Origin: a bacterium
GTDB lineage: Bacteria; Oederibacteriota; PGYV01; Palsa-1178
Assembly: GCA_037138355.1 (NCBI GenBank)
Contig: JBAXIL010000022.1
Span: forward strand, 1 to 27,021
DNA length: 27,021 bases
Direction of reading: 5' to 3'
Of the stretch, positions 15,558-24,241 are shown piece after piece. The position numbers and the translations under genes are program-made. The notes below the pieces were generated by a model. It was given only the letters and a program-made list of their open reading frames with translations. It had not been told where the DNA came from and made no database searches. The number at the start of each line of letters is the position of its first letter. Position 1 is the first letter of the stretch.

Positions 15558-16958
15558 TCACTCCACATTTTTAGAATATTTTGAATATAAGTCAGGTAAA
15601 TGCAATTGTGTAAGATCAATCATTTCTTGGTCTGATATACCTATAGTGCGTTCGCCTTCATAGGCTTTGTCCACAGCTGTTTTAATAAGTAATACACTTG
15701 CAGTGTCTTTTGAAACTTTGTCAGCTAATGCTACTTTGAAATAATTATTTATCCAGTATGCTATGCCTGCTGTTCCTGACTTGTCAGTTATTGAAACCAT
15801 AGGTGGTCTGTTTAAAATTTTGTCAGTATCAAATATATTATATATTTCTTCGCTTTTTGAAATACCATCAGCGTGAATTCCTGCTTTTGTTAAGTTAAAG
15901 TTTTTTCCCACGAAAGGTCTGTTGGTCGCAATTTCAATATTCATTTCATGATGCATATAATCTGCTATTTCTGTTATTACTGTGGTGTCCATTTTTTCAA
16001 CACCCTGTCTTCCTCTAAAGGAAAGATATTCCATTATGAGCGCTTCAATTGGAGTATTACCAGTTCTTTCCCCAATACCAAGCCAGGCACCATTTGCTAC
16101 GGACCCACCGTAAAGCCAGGCATGTGAGGCATTTGTCAAGCCACGATAAAAGTCATTGTGTCCGTGCCACTCAAGCCACTCTGAAGGAACTTCAGCATGT
16201 TTGTTAAGTCCATACATAATTCCATGAGTATTTCTCGGTAAAGCCGATCCAGCGATAGATATACCATAACCCATAGTATCGCAGGCTCTTATTTTGACTG
16301 GCATATTATATTCTTTGGATAATTTCATAAGTTCGCGCGCAAAAGGAATTACAAATCCATATATGTCAGCGCGGGTAATATCTTCGAAATGGCAACGAGG
16401 TATGATACCGTTATCTAAGGCAGCGCGAACTATTTTCAAATAATTTTCTAAGGCCTGCTTGCGGGTCCATTTTAATTTTAAAAATATGTGGTAGTCAGAA
16501 ACTGAAGTGAGAATTCCTGTCTCTTTCAAACCCATTTCTTTTACTAACTTAAAATCTGATTCGACAGCTCTAATCCAACCAGTCACTTGAGGATAATCAT
16601 AACCGCGAGATAAACATTTTTCTAAAGCTTCACGATCTCTTTTTGTGTAAAGAAAAAATTCTGTCTGTCTAATTAAACCAGTACCGCCATCAAGTTTGTG
16701 CATTAAGTCGAAAAGTTTCACAATGTGTTCTACTTTAAAAGGCGGAAGCGATTGCTGCCCGTCACGAAATGTAGTATCTGTTATCCAAATGTGTTCAGCC
16801 ACATTCATAGGAACAATACGCTGATTAAAAATTATGCGCGGAACTTCATCGTAAGGAAACATATCCCTGTAGAGCTGAGGTTCTTTTACATCTTGTAGTT
16901 CATAATGATAAAATTCTTCTTCAAAAAGGTTTGTCTTCTTGTTGTAATTCAAGGACAT
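15558..16958 (-). CDS. DRE-TIM metallolyase, probable Re-citrate synthase
   Basis: [51 protein letters not shown]; no LeuA regulatory domain evident; first gene of the icd-mdh-fum operon; ATG 16958 has SD GGAGGTG (track start 17042). Confidence 0.8.
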   Translation of the reverse strand: MSLNYNKKTNLFEEEFYHYELQDVKEPQLYRDMFPYDEVPRIIFNQRIVPMNVAEHIWITDTTFRDGQQSLPPFKVEHIVKLFDLMHKLDGGTGLIRQTEFFLYTKRDREALEKCLSRGYDYPQVTGWIRAVESDFKLVKEMGLKETGILTSVSDYHIFLKLKWTRKQALENYLKIVRAALDNGIIPRCHFEDITRADIYGFVIPFARELMKLSKEYNMPVKIRACDTMGYGISIAGSALPRNTHGIMYGLNKHAEVPSEWLEWHGHNDFYRGLTNASHAWLYGGSVANGAWLGIGERTGNTPIEALIMEYLSFRGRQGVEKMDTTVITEIADYMHHEMNIEIATNRPFVGKNFNLTKAGIHADGISKSEEIYNIFDTDKILNRPPMVSITDKSGTAGIAYWINNYFKVALADKVSKDTASVLLIKTAVDKAYEGERTIGISDQEMIDLTQLHLPDLYSKYSKNVE

Positions 16959-17076
16959 AGGACACCTCCATAAGGTAGTATTTAAGTTTATTTGTTTGAG
17001 CAATGTAGCATATTTTACATATAATAAAGAAAGCACAGCCATTTGCTACTAAAACAGTAAACAATATGGCAAAACG

Positions 17077-17105
17077 ATTATATAAGAAGTAGATATTTAA
17101 GTCAA
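17077..17105 (-). promoter_or_regulatory. Sigma70 promoter of the citrate synthase-icd-mdh-fum operon
   Basis: Minus strand TTGACT-N17-TATAAT. Confidence 0.75.
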
Positions 17106-17185
17106 TAATAAAAGCATTTTGTGAGATAAAGAGTTTAGGCAATCGCTTAAAAAGGGTGGATACTTTGCAAGGTGAATGTTTGTTA

Positions 17186-17214
17186 TTGATTAAAAAATGG
17201 TTATCGTATATATT
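17186..17214 (+). promoter_or_regulatory. Putative promoter of the M23 peptidase gene
   Basis: TTGATT-N17-TATATT just upstream of SD GGAGG. Confidence 0.45.
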
Positions 17215-17236
17215 GTCAACTTACGGAGGAAACAAA

Positions 17237-18277
17237 ATGTTAGAGAAAATAGAAGAAATTAAAATAAAGCTTATGGAATATTTTAAAACTATTCCTGTAA
17301 AAAGAGTTGCGATAATTGCTGGCATTGTGGTACTTACTATAATCCTAATAGTTGTAGGCATACTTTTATATAAAAAGAATATGGAAAGCTGTGTTCCTGT
17401 GAAAGTGGAAACTCCTGAAGCAACAATTAAAGTCAATGTTGTTGGTACAGTAACCATAGATAAAAACTCTTATGTGGGGCTTTCAAAATATGACAAAGGA
17501 CTGGCTTTTGCTTATTTGGAAAAGAAATTTAAAGGTAAAAATGTAACTATAAGCCTTTATAAAGTTAAAAAAAGAGAGAATTACTGGGGAATCGCCAAGC
17601 AAAACAAAATAAATATTGATACTATAATAGGAGCAAATCCTGAATTAGAAAACTTAAAAGCGTTTTTAAACAAGCAACTTGTTATTCTTTCAAAAAAAGG
17701 GATTATACATGAAGTCATTTCGGTCGGAGAAACTCCAAAAAAACTTGCGGAACTCTACAAAGTGAATGTTGAGGAAATTAAGACTAATAATAACTTGTTT
17801 TTTGGTATTGCGTTCAAGGGTGATTTGATTTTTGTGCCCGATACTAAACCTGTTTATATAAGCGATAATCTAAAACGTCTCTATGCTGAACGGAATATGT
17901 TTCGTTCGCCTTTATCTGGTCGTTATACTTCTTTAATGGGAGTTAGAATTCACCCAGTAACAGGTCAAAAATCAATTCATCAGGGAGTCGATATAAAAGC
18001 CAAAATGGGTAGTTGGGTGGGGGCGGCGGCGGATGGGAAAGTGATGTATGCTGGATGGGGTGGAAATCTCGGAAATTGCATAAAAATAGTGCATAAAGAT
18101 GGATATATGACTGTTTATGGGCATTTGAGTAAGATATTTGTTAAAAATGGGCAGACTGTTTTTGCAGGAAAGTTGATAGCAAAGACAGGAAATACAGGTA
18201 GAACAACAGGACCACACCTGCATTTTGCTATATTTAAGAATGAAAAATTGCAAGACCCGTTAAAATACCTGTGGTGA
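17237..18277 (+). CDS. Membrane-anchored LysM + M23 family peptidoglycan DD-metalloendopeptidase
   Basis: N-terminal TM helix; two LysM-like segments (YKVKKRENYWGIAK..., HEV..GETPKKLAELYKV); M23 motifs HQGVD, YGHL, TGPHLHF; ATG 17237 has SD GGAGG (track start 17156). Confidence 0.9.
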   Translation: MLEKIEEIKIKLMEYFKTIPVKRVAIIAGIVVLTIILIVVGILLYKKNMESCVPVKVETPEATIKVNVVGTVTIDKNSYVGLSKYDKGLAFAYLEKKFKGKNVTISLYKVKKRENYWGIAKQNKINIDTIIGANPELENLKAFLNKQLVILSKKGIIHEVISVGETPKKLAELYKVNVEEIKTNNNLFFGIAFKGDLIFVPDTKPVYISDNLKRLYAERNMFRSPLSGRYTSLMGVRIHPVTGQKSIHQGVDIKAKMGSWVGAAADGKVMYAGWGGNLGNCIKIVHKDGYMTVYGHLSKIFVKNGQTVFAGKLIAKTGNTGRTTGPHLHFAIFKNEKLQDPLKYLW

Positions 18278-18326
18278 GCCAAAAGGCAAGCCTCATTGAT
18301 AGCTTAATATATCTTAAAATAAAGAC

Positions 18327-18355
18327 TTGACAAATAGCTGAAATGTGGTTAAATG
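18327..18355 (+). promoter_or_regulatory. Putative promoter of the cold-shock gene
   Basis: TTGACA (18327-18332) followed by TGgTTAAAT. Confidence 0.5.
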
Positions 18356-18414
18356 TCATTCACAAATGCGGAAGAAGTGCCGCATGATTTTAATACGCAG
18401 GAGGTTCCAGATTC

Positions 18415-18615
18415 ATGGCAAAAGGAAAAGTAAAATGGTTTAATGACAAGAAAGGTTACGGCTTCATCGAACAGGAAGGCGGAAAAGATGTATTTGTACA
18501 CTTTGACGCGATCAAAATGGAAGGCTTCAAAACTTTAAAAGAAGGCGAAGAAGTTACTTTTGACGTAGTTGAAGGCGCAAAAGGGCCACAAGCTTCTAAC
18601 GTACAGAAGGGCTAA
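18415..18615 (+). CDS. Cold-shock protein (CspA family)
   Basis: GKVKWFN, KGYGFI (RNP1), DVFVHF (RNP2), [16 protein letters not shown]. Confidence 0.97.
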   Translation: MAKGKVKWFNDKKGYGFIEQEGGKDVFVHFDAIKMEGFKTLKEGEEVTFDVVEGAKGPQASNVQKG

Positions 18616-18634
18616 TTTAGCCACACATAGCCTT

Positions 18635-18670
18635 AAAAGCTCCGATGGGAAACCGTCGGAGCTTTTTTTT
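18635..18670 (+). terminator. Rho-independent terminator of csp
   Basis: AAAAGCTCCGATGG-GAAA-CCGTCGGAGCTTTTTTTT. Confidence 0.92.
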
Positions 18671-18732
18671 AAGTCAAAACATTCAGAGAGTAGATAGTAG
18701 AAAGTCAAAACATTCAGAGATTAGATAGTAGA
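18671..18732. repeat. 31-bp direct tandem duplication (1 mismatch)
   Basis: AAGTCAAAACATTCAGAGA[G/T]TAGATAGTAGA x2. Confidence 0.9.
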
Positions 18733-18783
18733 TAGGTGACTCGGGCATATTATTTTCAAGACTTTATTATATCCTATATTATG

Positions 18784-18792
18784 TGTTATAAT
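18784..18792 (+). promoter_or_regulatory. Extended -10 element immediately upstream of the radical SAM ATG
   Basis: TGtTATAAT, separated from ATG 18800 by 7 nt. Confidence 0.6.
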
Positions 18793-18799
18793 TTAATAC

Positions 18800-20311
18800 A
18801 TGAAACTTAAAATATTACTCATAAATCCACCAAGAGTAGACGGTTTTCCTGTTGTCAGGGAAGAACGCTTTGAACATAAAGATATAGGTTCTGTTTATCC
18901 ACCGCTTTCTATTTTATACACTGCCGCTATTTTGGAAAAAAACACTAATTATGAAATTAAAGTGCTTGATGCTAATGGCTTTGATCTGTCCTTAAATCAG
19001 GTTCGTAATGTCATGGAAAAGTTTCTTCCTGACTTTGTTTATACACGATGTGGTTTTGATACACAAAAAGAGGATTTAAAGGTATTAACTCTTGCCAAAA
19101 CTTTTGGGGCTATAACTGCCTTGCGTAGTAAAATAATAGCCGATGTCCCTTCTTTAAGAGATGAAATGTGTAAAAATGAAAATGTGGATTTATTTATTAA
19201 TTCAGAACCTGAAGCAGTAATTGGAAAGCTCGCACAAGAAATTTTAAAAAATAAGATTAAATTAGCTGAAAATAAAAAATCATTAGTTCTCTCGCCAGAG
19301 AGTGACGAAGCTAAAAATAATATGGACTTCCTAATTAATGTTCCTGGTATTTCTTTTTATAATAAAAATAAAATCGTTACCACACTGCCAGCAAAAGAAA
19401 TCAGCGACATAGACAGTTTGCCTTATCCGGCATATCATCTTTTGTCTTCTTTAAAACCATACCATACTGGGGTAATGAACTCTCCGTTTGTACTTGTTCA
19501 GACAACTCGTGGTTGTCCTTTTATGTGTACTTTCTGTTCTTTTGGTAAGACGAAGTGTAGGGAAAGAAGTGTGGAGTCGGTAATAGCAGAGCTTAAATAT
19601 TTAAAAGATAAATTAAAAATAAAATCTTTTTTGTTTTTTGACGACACTATATCTATCAAAAAGGGAAGAGTAGAAGAACTCGCACAAAAAATGATAGAAG
19701 AAAAATTAGATACTTTAAAATGGGTGTGTTGTACCAGAGCAAATTTGATAACTTATGAAATGTTGAAAGTCATGAAAAAAGCAGGAATGAAAGAAATCGC
19801 TATAGGAATAGAAACTGGTTCTGAAAAAATACTTAGTGCGACAAAAAAAGGTGTAACTTTAGACGAGATAAGACAGGCGGCAAAGTGGTGTCACGAGCTT
19901 GGCATCATGTTTTATGGACTTGCTATCATAGGTTTGCCTGGAGAAACCAAAGAAACGGTAAAAGAAACTGTAGATTTTATAAAAGAGATAGATCCTTTTT
20001 ATACGCAGTTTTGTTTTGCTACGCCTTTTCCTAATACTGATATATATGAATATTATGAAAAAAATAATTGTCTTCTTACAAAAGATTGGTCAAAGTATTT
20101 TCCGTTATCGGGAGAACCTGTAATACGCACTGAAAGTCTTACTGCAAAAGAGCTAATCGACTTAAGAGCAAAAGCATATTCTTCAATATTATTGCGACCA
20201 TGGTATTTATTAAGACAGATAAAACTGCTTGACTGGCGCTGGAACATACAGGGAATAGTCAAGATAATTGGCATAATAATAAGGGTTTTTATGAGAAAAC
20301 CGGTAAGGTAA
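18800..20311 (+). CDS. Cobalamin-binding-domain radical SAM protein
   Basis: LLINPP..., YPPLSILY..A (B12-binding-type N-terminus), LPYPAYHLL, TTRGCPFMCTFC (CxxxCxxC), FFDD, GIETGS, IIGLPGET, TPFPNT. Confidence 0.9.
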   Translation: MKLKILLINPPRVDGFPVVREERFEHKDIGSVYPPLSILYTAAILEKNTNYEIKVLDANGFDLSLNQVRNVMEKFLPDFVYTRCGFDTQKEDLKVLTLAKTFGAITALRSKIIADVPSLRDEMCKNENVDLFINSEPEAVIGKLAQEILKNKIKLAENKKSLVLSPESDEAKNNMDFLINVPGISFYNKNKIVTTLPAKEISDIDSLPYPAYHLLSSLKPYHTGVMNSPFVLVQTTRGCPFMCTFCSFGKTKCRERSVESVIAELKYLKDKLKIKSFLFFDDTISIKKGRVEELAQKMIEEKLDTLKWVCCTRANLITYEMLKVMKKAGMKEIAIGIETGSEKILSATKKGVTLDEIRQAAKWCHELGIMFYGLAIIGLPGETKETVKETVDFIKEIDPFYTQFCFATPFPNTDIYEYYEKNNCLLTKDWSKYFPLSGEPVIRTESLTAKELIDLRAKAYSSILLRPWYLLRQIKLLDWRWNIQGIVKIIGIIIRVFMRKPVR

Positions 20312-20383
20312 AACAGAGGCTATTATATATTTAAATAATGAGTTTATTCATAAACCAGATAATAAATACAGAAGGTGAGTTTT

Positions 20384-22252
20384 GTGAAAAAAAATATTTT
20401 TAGCAAGGACAGGATACTGGATTTAATTTTTTATTTCATTGTAATCATGTCGGGACTATATCAGCTTTCTGTATTGGGTGCTCATAGAATGCATATGGAT
20501 GAGGCTCTTTATGTTAGTTGGGCTCTTAAGATTGCCGATGGTTCTGATTTGTTTTTACACCATACAATTACCGATAAGTTTCCATTACTTTCATATATTA
20601 TGGCTTTTTTTATAAAGTTATTTGGAAGTTCAGAGACGATTGTAAAAATCCCGAGCTTACTTTTTACTATAGGAGGATTTTTTGTTTTTTACAGAGCTGC
20701 TGAAAAACTTTATGATAAGAAAACTGGAGTTTTGGGAGTCCTTGCAATTGCACTGACAAAATATTATGTTATTTATGGACCGACGGCTTTTACGGACCAG
20801 GCAATGACATTTTTTGTTATTTTGTCACTGTTGATGCTTGTAGAAAAAAAATATTATTGGAGCGGAATTTTTATTGGAGTTTCTGCTATGGCTAAGCTCA
20901 CAGGCCTATATTTTTCTCTGCCTTTTGTTATAGGCATTTTTATTATGTCGTTGGATATAAAAAGAGATTTAAAAGCTTTTAGTCAAGGATTAGGATTGAC
21001 ATGTCTGATTATTTTTCTATGGGCAGGTCTTGTAGAATTGAATGCTTTCAAACTTTTTTTTGCTAATAGTCCTATCCCATATAAAGGAACGCTGGATATG
21101 AATTCTTTTAGGGCTGGGTTTGATATTATAAAAAATTATCAGTTTGATTTAATGGGAGCGGCAAAATTGATTGTTGCCTTGATTGGCGGACTGATATTGA
21201 TGATAGTGAATAATAGTAAGAAGAAGATAGATTTAATCATATTGCTGACAGTAGTATTATTTTATTTAACGCTATTATTTATGACCTTTAGGCATGTCCC
21301 AATTTTTGAAAGATATCTTGTGGTGATTGTACCATTTATTGCGCTACTTCTTGCCAGAACAGTAGTATATATATATGAACTGTTAAGTTCTATAAACAAA
21401 GTAGCTGGCTTGATTACTGCAGGCATTATTTTTATTGTAGCACTTCTTCCTTTTAATAAAAAAATGGACATAGCAGCTTTTTACAGTGTAAATGATGGTT
21501 TGGAGGCAGCAATAAAAAGTATTCCTGACAGGCAAAATGCGGTAGTTCTAAGCATGGGCTTAAATACTTGGGTGGCTCTATATTATTTCAATGACTTTGC
21601 AAACTACTCAAACCAAATTTCTGGAATAGAAGCCGAAAAAGAAATAGATAAAAATTTTATTGTTCACAATGAGGGCAGGCCTATATATATTATTACGGCA
21701 AAAAATGGGGCGGAACTTATTGACAAAGAAATAAAAATGATTAGTGGTATTTACTATGAGCACAGGCCAGTATTGAAAAACATTACTTACTACAATGGAG
21801 AGCCCAAATATTATGTTTATGAAATCGAAAAAAATTCAAAACTTAAAGAGCAGTATGTGGTGGCGGAACGAGATATCACTCCAGCGATAAAAATGGATGT
21901 GGAGTTTGTCAATGGTATAAAGCTATTAGGTTTTGATTATCGTAGGCTCAAAGGCAATAAAATAGAATTTGTATATTACTGGAAAAAGGTAGGGTCAGTG
22001 AATAATAATTGGTTGGTAAATGTGAATTTTATTAATACAAAAGTTCGGATAAAAGATGGGGATCACTATTTGGCACAAGGACTGGTTAGATTTGATACGC
22101 TCAAAATTGGAACTGTGATAAAGGATATTGATATTGTGAATTTTGTAGATTGGAAAAAAGTAAATACAATGCGTATAGGTTTGCTCCCTGAACGGCATGG
22201 GAAAAGCGCTGATTTTAAAGGCGAAAATGAGCTAAGGCTCGACATTAAATAG
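20384..22252 (+). CDS. GT-C fold (ArnT/PMT-like) multi-pass membrane glycosyltransferase with C-terminal soluble domain
   Basis: First-loop MDEALY, DKFPL, many TM helices, ERYLVVIVPF; GTG 20384 has SD AGGTGA (alternative GTG 20375). Confidence 0.8.
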   Translation: MKKNIFSKDRILDLIFYFIVIMSGLYQLSVLGAHRMHMDEALYVSWALKIADGSDLFLHHTITDKFPLLSYIMAFFIKLFGSSETIVKIPSLLFTIGGFFVFYRAAEKLYDKKTGVLGVLAIALTKYYVIYGPTAFTDQAMTFFVILSLLMLVEKKYYWSGIFIGVSAMAKLTGLYFSLPFVIGIFIMSLDIKRDLKAFSQGLGLTCLIIFLWAGLVELNAFKLFFANSPIPYKGTLDMNSFRAGFDIIKNYQFDLMGAAKLIVALIGGLILMIVNNSKKKIDLIILLTVVLFYLTLLFMTFRHVPIFERYLVVIVPFIALLLARTVVYIYELLSSINKVAGLITAGIIFIVALLPFNKKMDIAAFYSVNDGLEAAIKSIPDRQNAVVLSMGLNTWVALYYFNDFANYSNQISGIEAEKEIDKNFIVHNEGRPIYIITAKNGAELIDKEIKMISGIYYEHRPVLKNITYYNGEPKYYVYEIEKNSKLKEQYVVAERDITPAIKMDVEFVNGIKLLGFDYRRLKGNKIEFVYYWKKVGSVNNNWLVNVNFINTKVRIKDGDHYLAQGLVRFDTLKIGTVIKDIDIVNFVDWKKVNTMRIGLLPERHGKSADFKGENELRLDIK

Positions 22253-22382
22253 TAATAGCCTCCTAAATATATTAGTGAATTGTTAAAGAATAACAATAAT
22301 TCCTTGATATTATTACGAAAGATACGCCTAATTAATAACCTTCTTTTTATTACCTTAAAAGCGCTCAAGTGTTTAAAACTGC

Positions 22383-22410
22383 TTGAAATTTTGCTCATTT
22401 TCCGTATAAT
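22383..22410 (+). promoter_or_regulatory. Sigma70 promoter for pfp
   Basis: TTGAAA-N16-TATAAT. Confidence 0.6.
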
Positions 22411-22480
22411 AAATAATTATTTGTATTTCAGGGTTATATATGACTGCCCTGACTAAAACCGTACATTTTCAGGAGGATTA

Positions 22481-24148
22481 ATGAAGACCTTATCAGAATT
22501 ACAGGTGCTTAGACTCAAGTATAAACCAGTATTATCGACAATTCTTAAATCACCGTTTTCATCAATAAAACCAAAGGCAGGAGCCGCTTCTTCTTCTATA
22601 TCCTCGCCTGATAAACTAAAAAAAATGTTTCCTTTAAATTTCGGTAAACCAGTAGTAACATTTGAAAAAGGTAAAAACTCTTCCTATAATAAGAAGTCCA
22701 TCAGAGTAGCAGTGGTATTATCTGGAGGACAAGCAGCTGGTGGACATAATGTGATAGCAGGGCTTTTAGATGGACTAAAAAAAGCAAATCCTAAAAATAA
22801 ATTATTTGGGTTTTTAGGTGGGCCGTCGGGAATTATAGATAGCAAATTTAAGGAAATAACTTCTACACTCATGGCAGATTACAGAAACACTGGTGGTTTT
22901 GATATTATAAAGTCAGGTAGGACAAAAATAGAAACGCCTGAGCAGTTTTGGAAATCCAAAGAAACTATGCTAAAAAATAAGTTTGATGCTCTTGTAGTTG
23001 TTGGAGGAGACGATTCAAATACAAATGCTGCGCTACTCGCAGAATATTTTGCCAAAGAAAATACTACAATACAGGTCATAGGCGTGCCAAAGACAATAGA
23101 CGGTGACTTGAAAAATAATATGATAGAAACCTCTTTTGGTTTTGACACTGCTACAAAAATTTATTCTGAATTGGTGGGTAATATATGTAGAGATGTAAAC
23201 TCTGCTACCAAGTATTGGCATTTTATTCGTTTAATGGGTAGGAGTGCTTCTCACATAACTCTTGAAGTCGGATTCCAGACACAACCAAATATAATTTTAA
23301 TTGGAGAAGAAATTTTAGAAAAGAAAATGACCTTGGCGCAAGTAGTGGATTCAATCGCAAAGGTAGTAGTTAAAAGAGCTGAAGCTGGAAAAAACTTTGG
23401 AGTTATACTTGTCCCAGAAGGTTTGATTGAGTTTATTCCGGAAATTAAGGAACTCATTAAAAACTTAAACGACCTTTTGGCAAAGTACGAAGAAGAGCTA
23501 AAGCATCTTGACACAATGAAAGAAAAGAAAGAGTTCGTATATAAAGTTTTAGAACCAAGATTATCACACCTTATGAAATCCTTACCAGATGGAATTGAAA
23601 CCCAACTTATTTTAGACCGTGACCCACATGGTAATGTAATGGTATCACAGATAGAAACAGAAAAGTTGTTGGTAGAAATGCTTGAAAAACAATTAAAGAA
23701 TATGAAAAAAGATGGTATCTATAAAGGCAAGTTTGCTGCAATTACACATTTCTTTGGCTATGAAGGCCGCTGCGGTTTTCCTACAAATTTTGATACCAAT
23801 TACTGTTATGGCTTGGGCTATAATGCTGTTTTGTTAATAGTCAATGGCTTAACAGGTTATATGTCATCGCTTAGAAACTTAACAAAAGCTCCAGCACTAT
23901 GGTTATCTGGCGGAGTGCCTTTGACTATGATGATGAATATAGAAAGACGCCATGGACAGGACAAGGCAGTAATACAAAAAGCACTTGTGGAACTTGATGG
24001 TAAACCTTTCAAAGCACTCGTTGCTATGAGGGATAAACTTGCTTTAAATGATATGTATTTATTTCCAGGTCCTATACAGTATTTTGGGCCAGCAGAAGTT
24101 GTAGATGCCACAACAATAACTCTGCAATATGAAAGAGCAAAGAAATAA
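22481..24148 (+). CDS. pfp: Pyrophosphate-dependent phosphofructokinase (long clade)
   Basis: LSGGQAAGGHNV, GGDDS (PPi-specifying Asp), PKTIDGDL, MGRSASH, GYEGR, PGPIQY; SD AGGAGG. Confidence 0.95.
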   Translation: MKTLSELQVLRLKYKPVLSTILKSPFSSIKPKAGAASSSISSPDKLKKMFPLNFGKPVVTFEKGKNSSYNKKSIRVAVVLSGGQAAGGHNVIAGLLDGLKKANPKNKLFGFLGGPSGIIDSKFKEITSTLMADYRNTGGFDIIKSGRTKIETPEQFWKSKETMLKNKFDALVVVGGDDSNTNAALLAEYFAKENTTIQVIGVPKTIDGDLKNNMIETSFGFDTATKIYSELVGNICRDVNSATKYWHFIRLMGRSASHITLEVGFQTQPNIILIGEEILEKKMTLAQVVDSIAKVVVKRAEAGKNFGVILVPEGLIEFIPEIKELIKNLNDLLAKYEEELKHLDTMKEKKEFVYKVLEPRLSHLMKSLPDGIETQLILDRDPHGNVMVSQIETEKLLVEMLEKQLKNMKKDGIYKGKFAAITHFFGYEGRCGFPTNFDTNYCYGLGYNAVLLIVNGLTGYMSSLRNLTKAPALWLSGGVPLTMMMNIERRHGQDKAVIQKALVELDGKPFKALVAMRDKLALNDMYLFPGPIQYFGPAEVVDATTITLQYERAKK

Positions 24149-24241
24149 AAGTTTAGAATTAAATATAAGTTTATCACTGTTGCGGCGGCATTAGAAAAAT
24201 AGCTGTCTTTCAATGATTGACTTAAAAACGAAGGAGCTATC

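Noticed and set aside
15558..17042. 2-isopropylmalate synthase (leuA) call and the longer 17042 start
   Set aside because: TCA operon context, RDGQQ motif and no evident regulatory domain argue against LeuA; the strong SD lies before ATG 16958.
18671..18732. 31-bp repeat as a mini CRISPR array
   Set aside because: The copies are directly adjacent with no spacer, there are only two units, and no cas genes are in the window.
22279..22297. Palindrome ATTGTTA-AAGAA-TAACAAT upstream of pfp as a Rex site
   Set aside because: One base shorter than the 18-bp Rex spacing, very AT-rich, and ~85 bp upstream of the -35; chance cannot be excluded.
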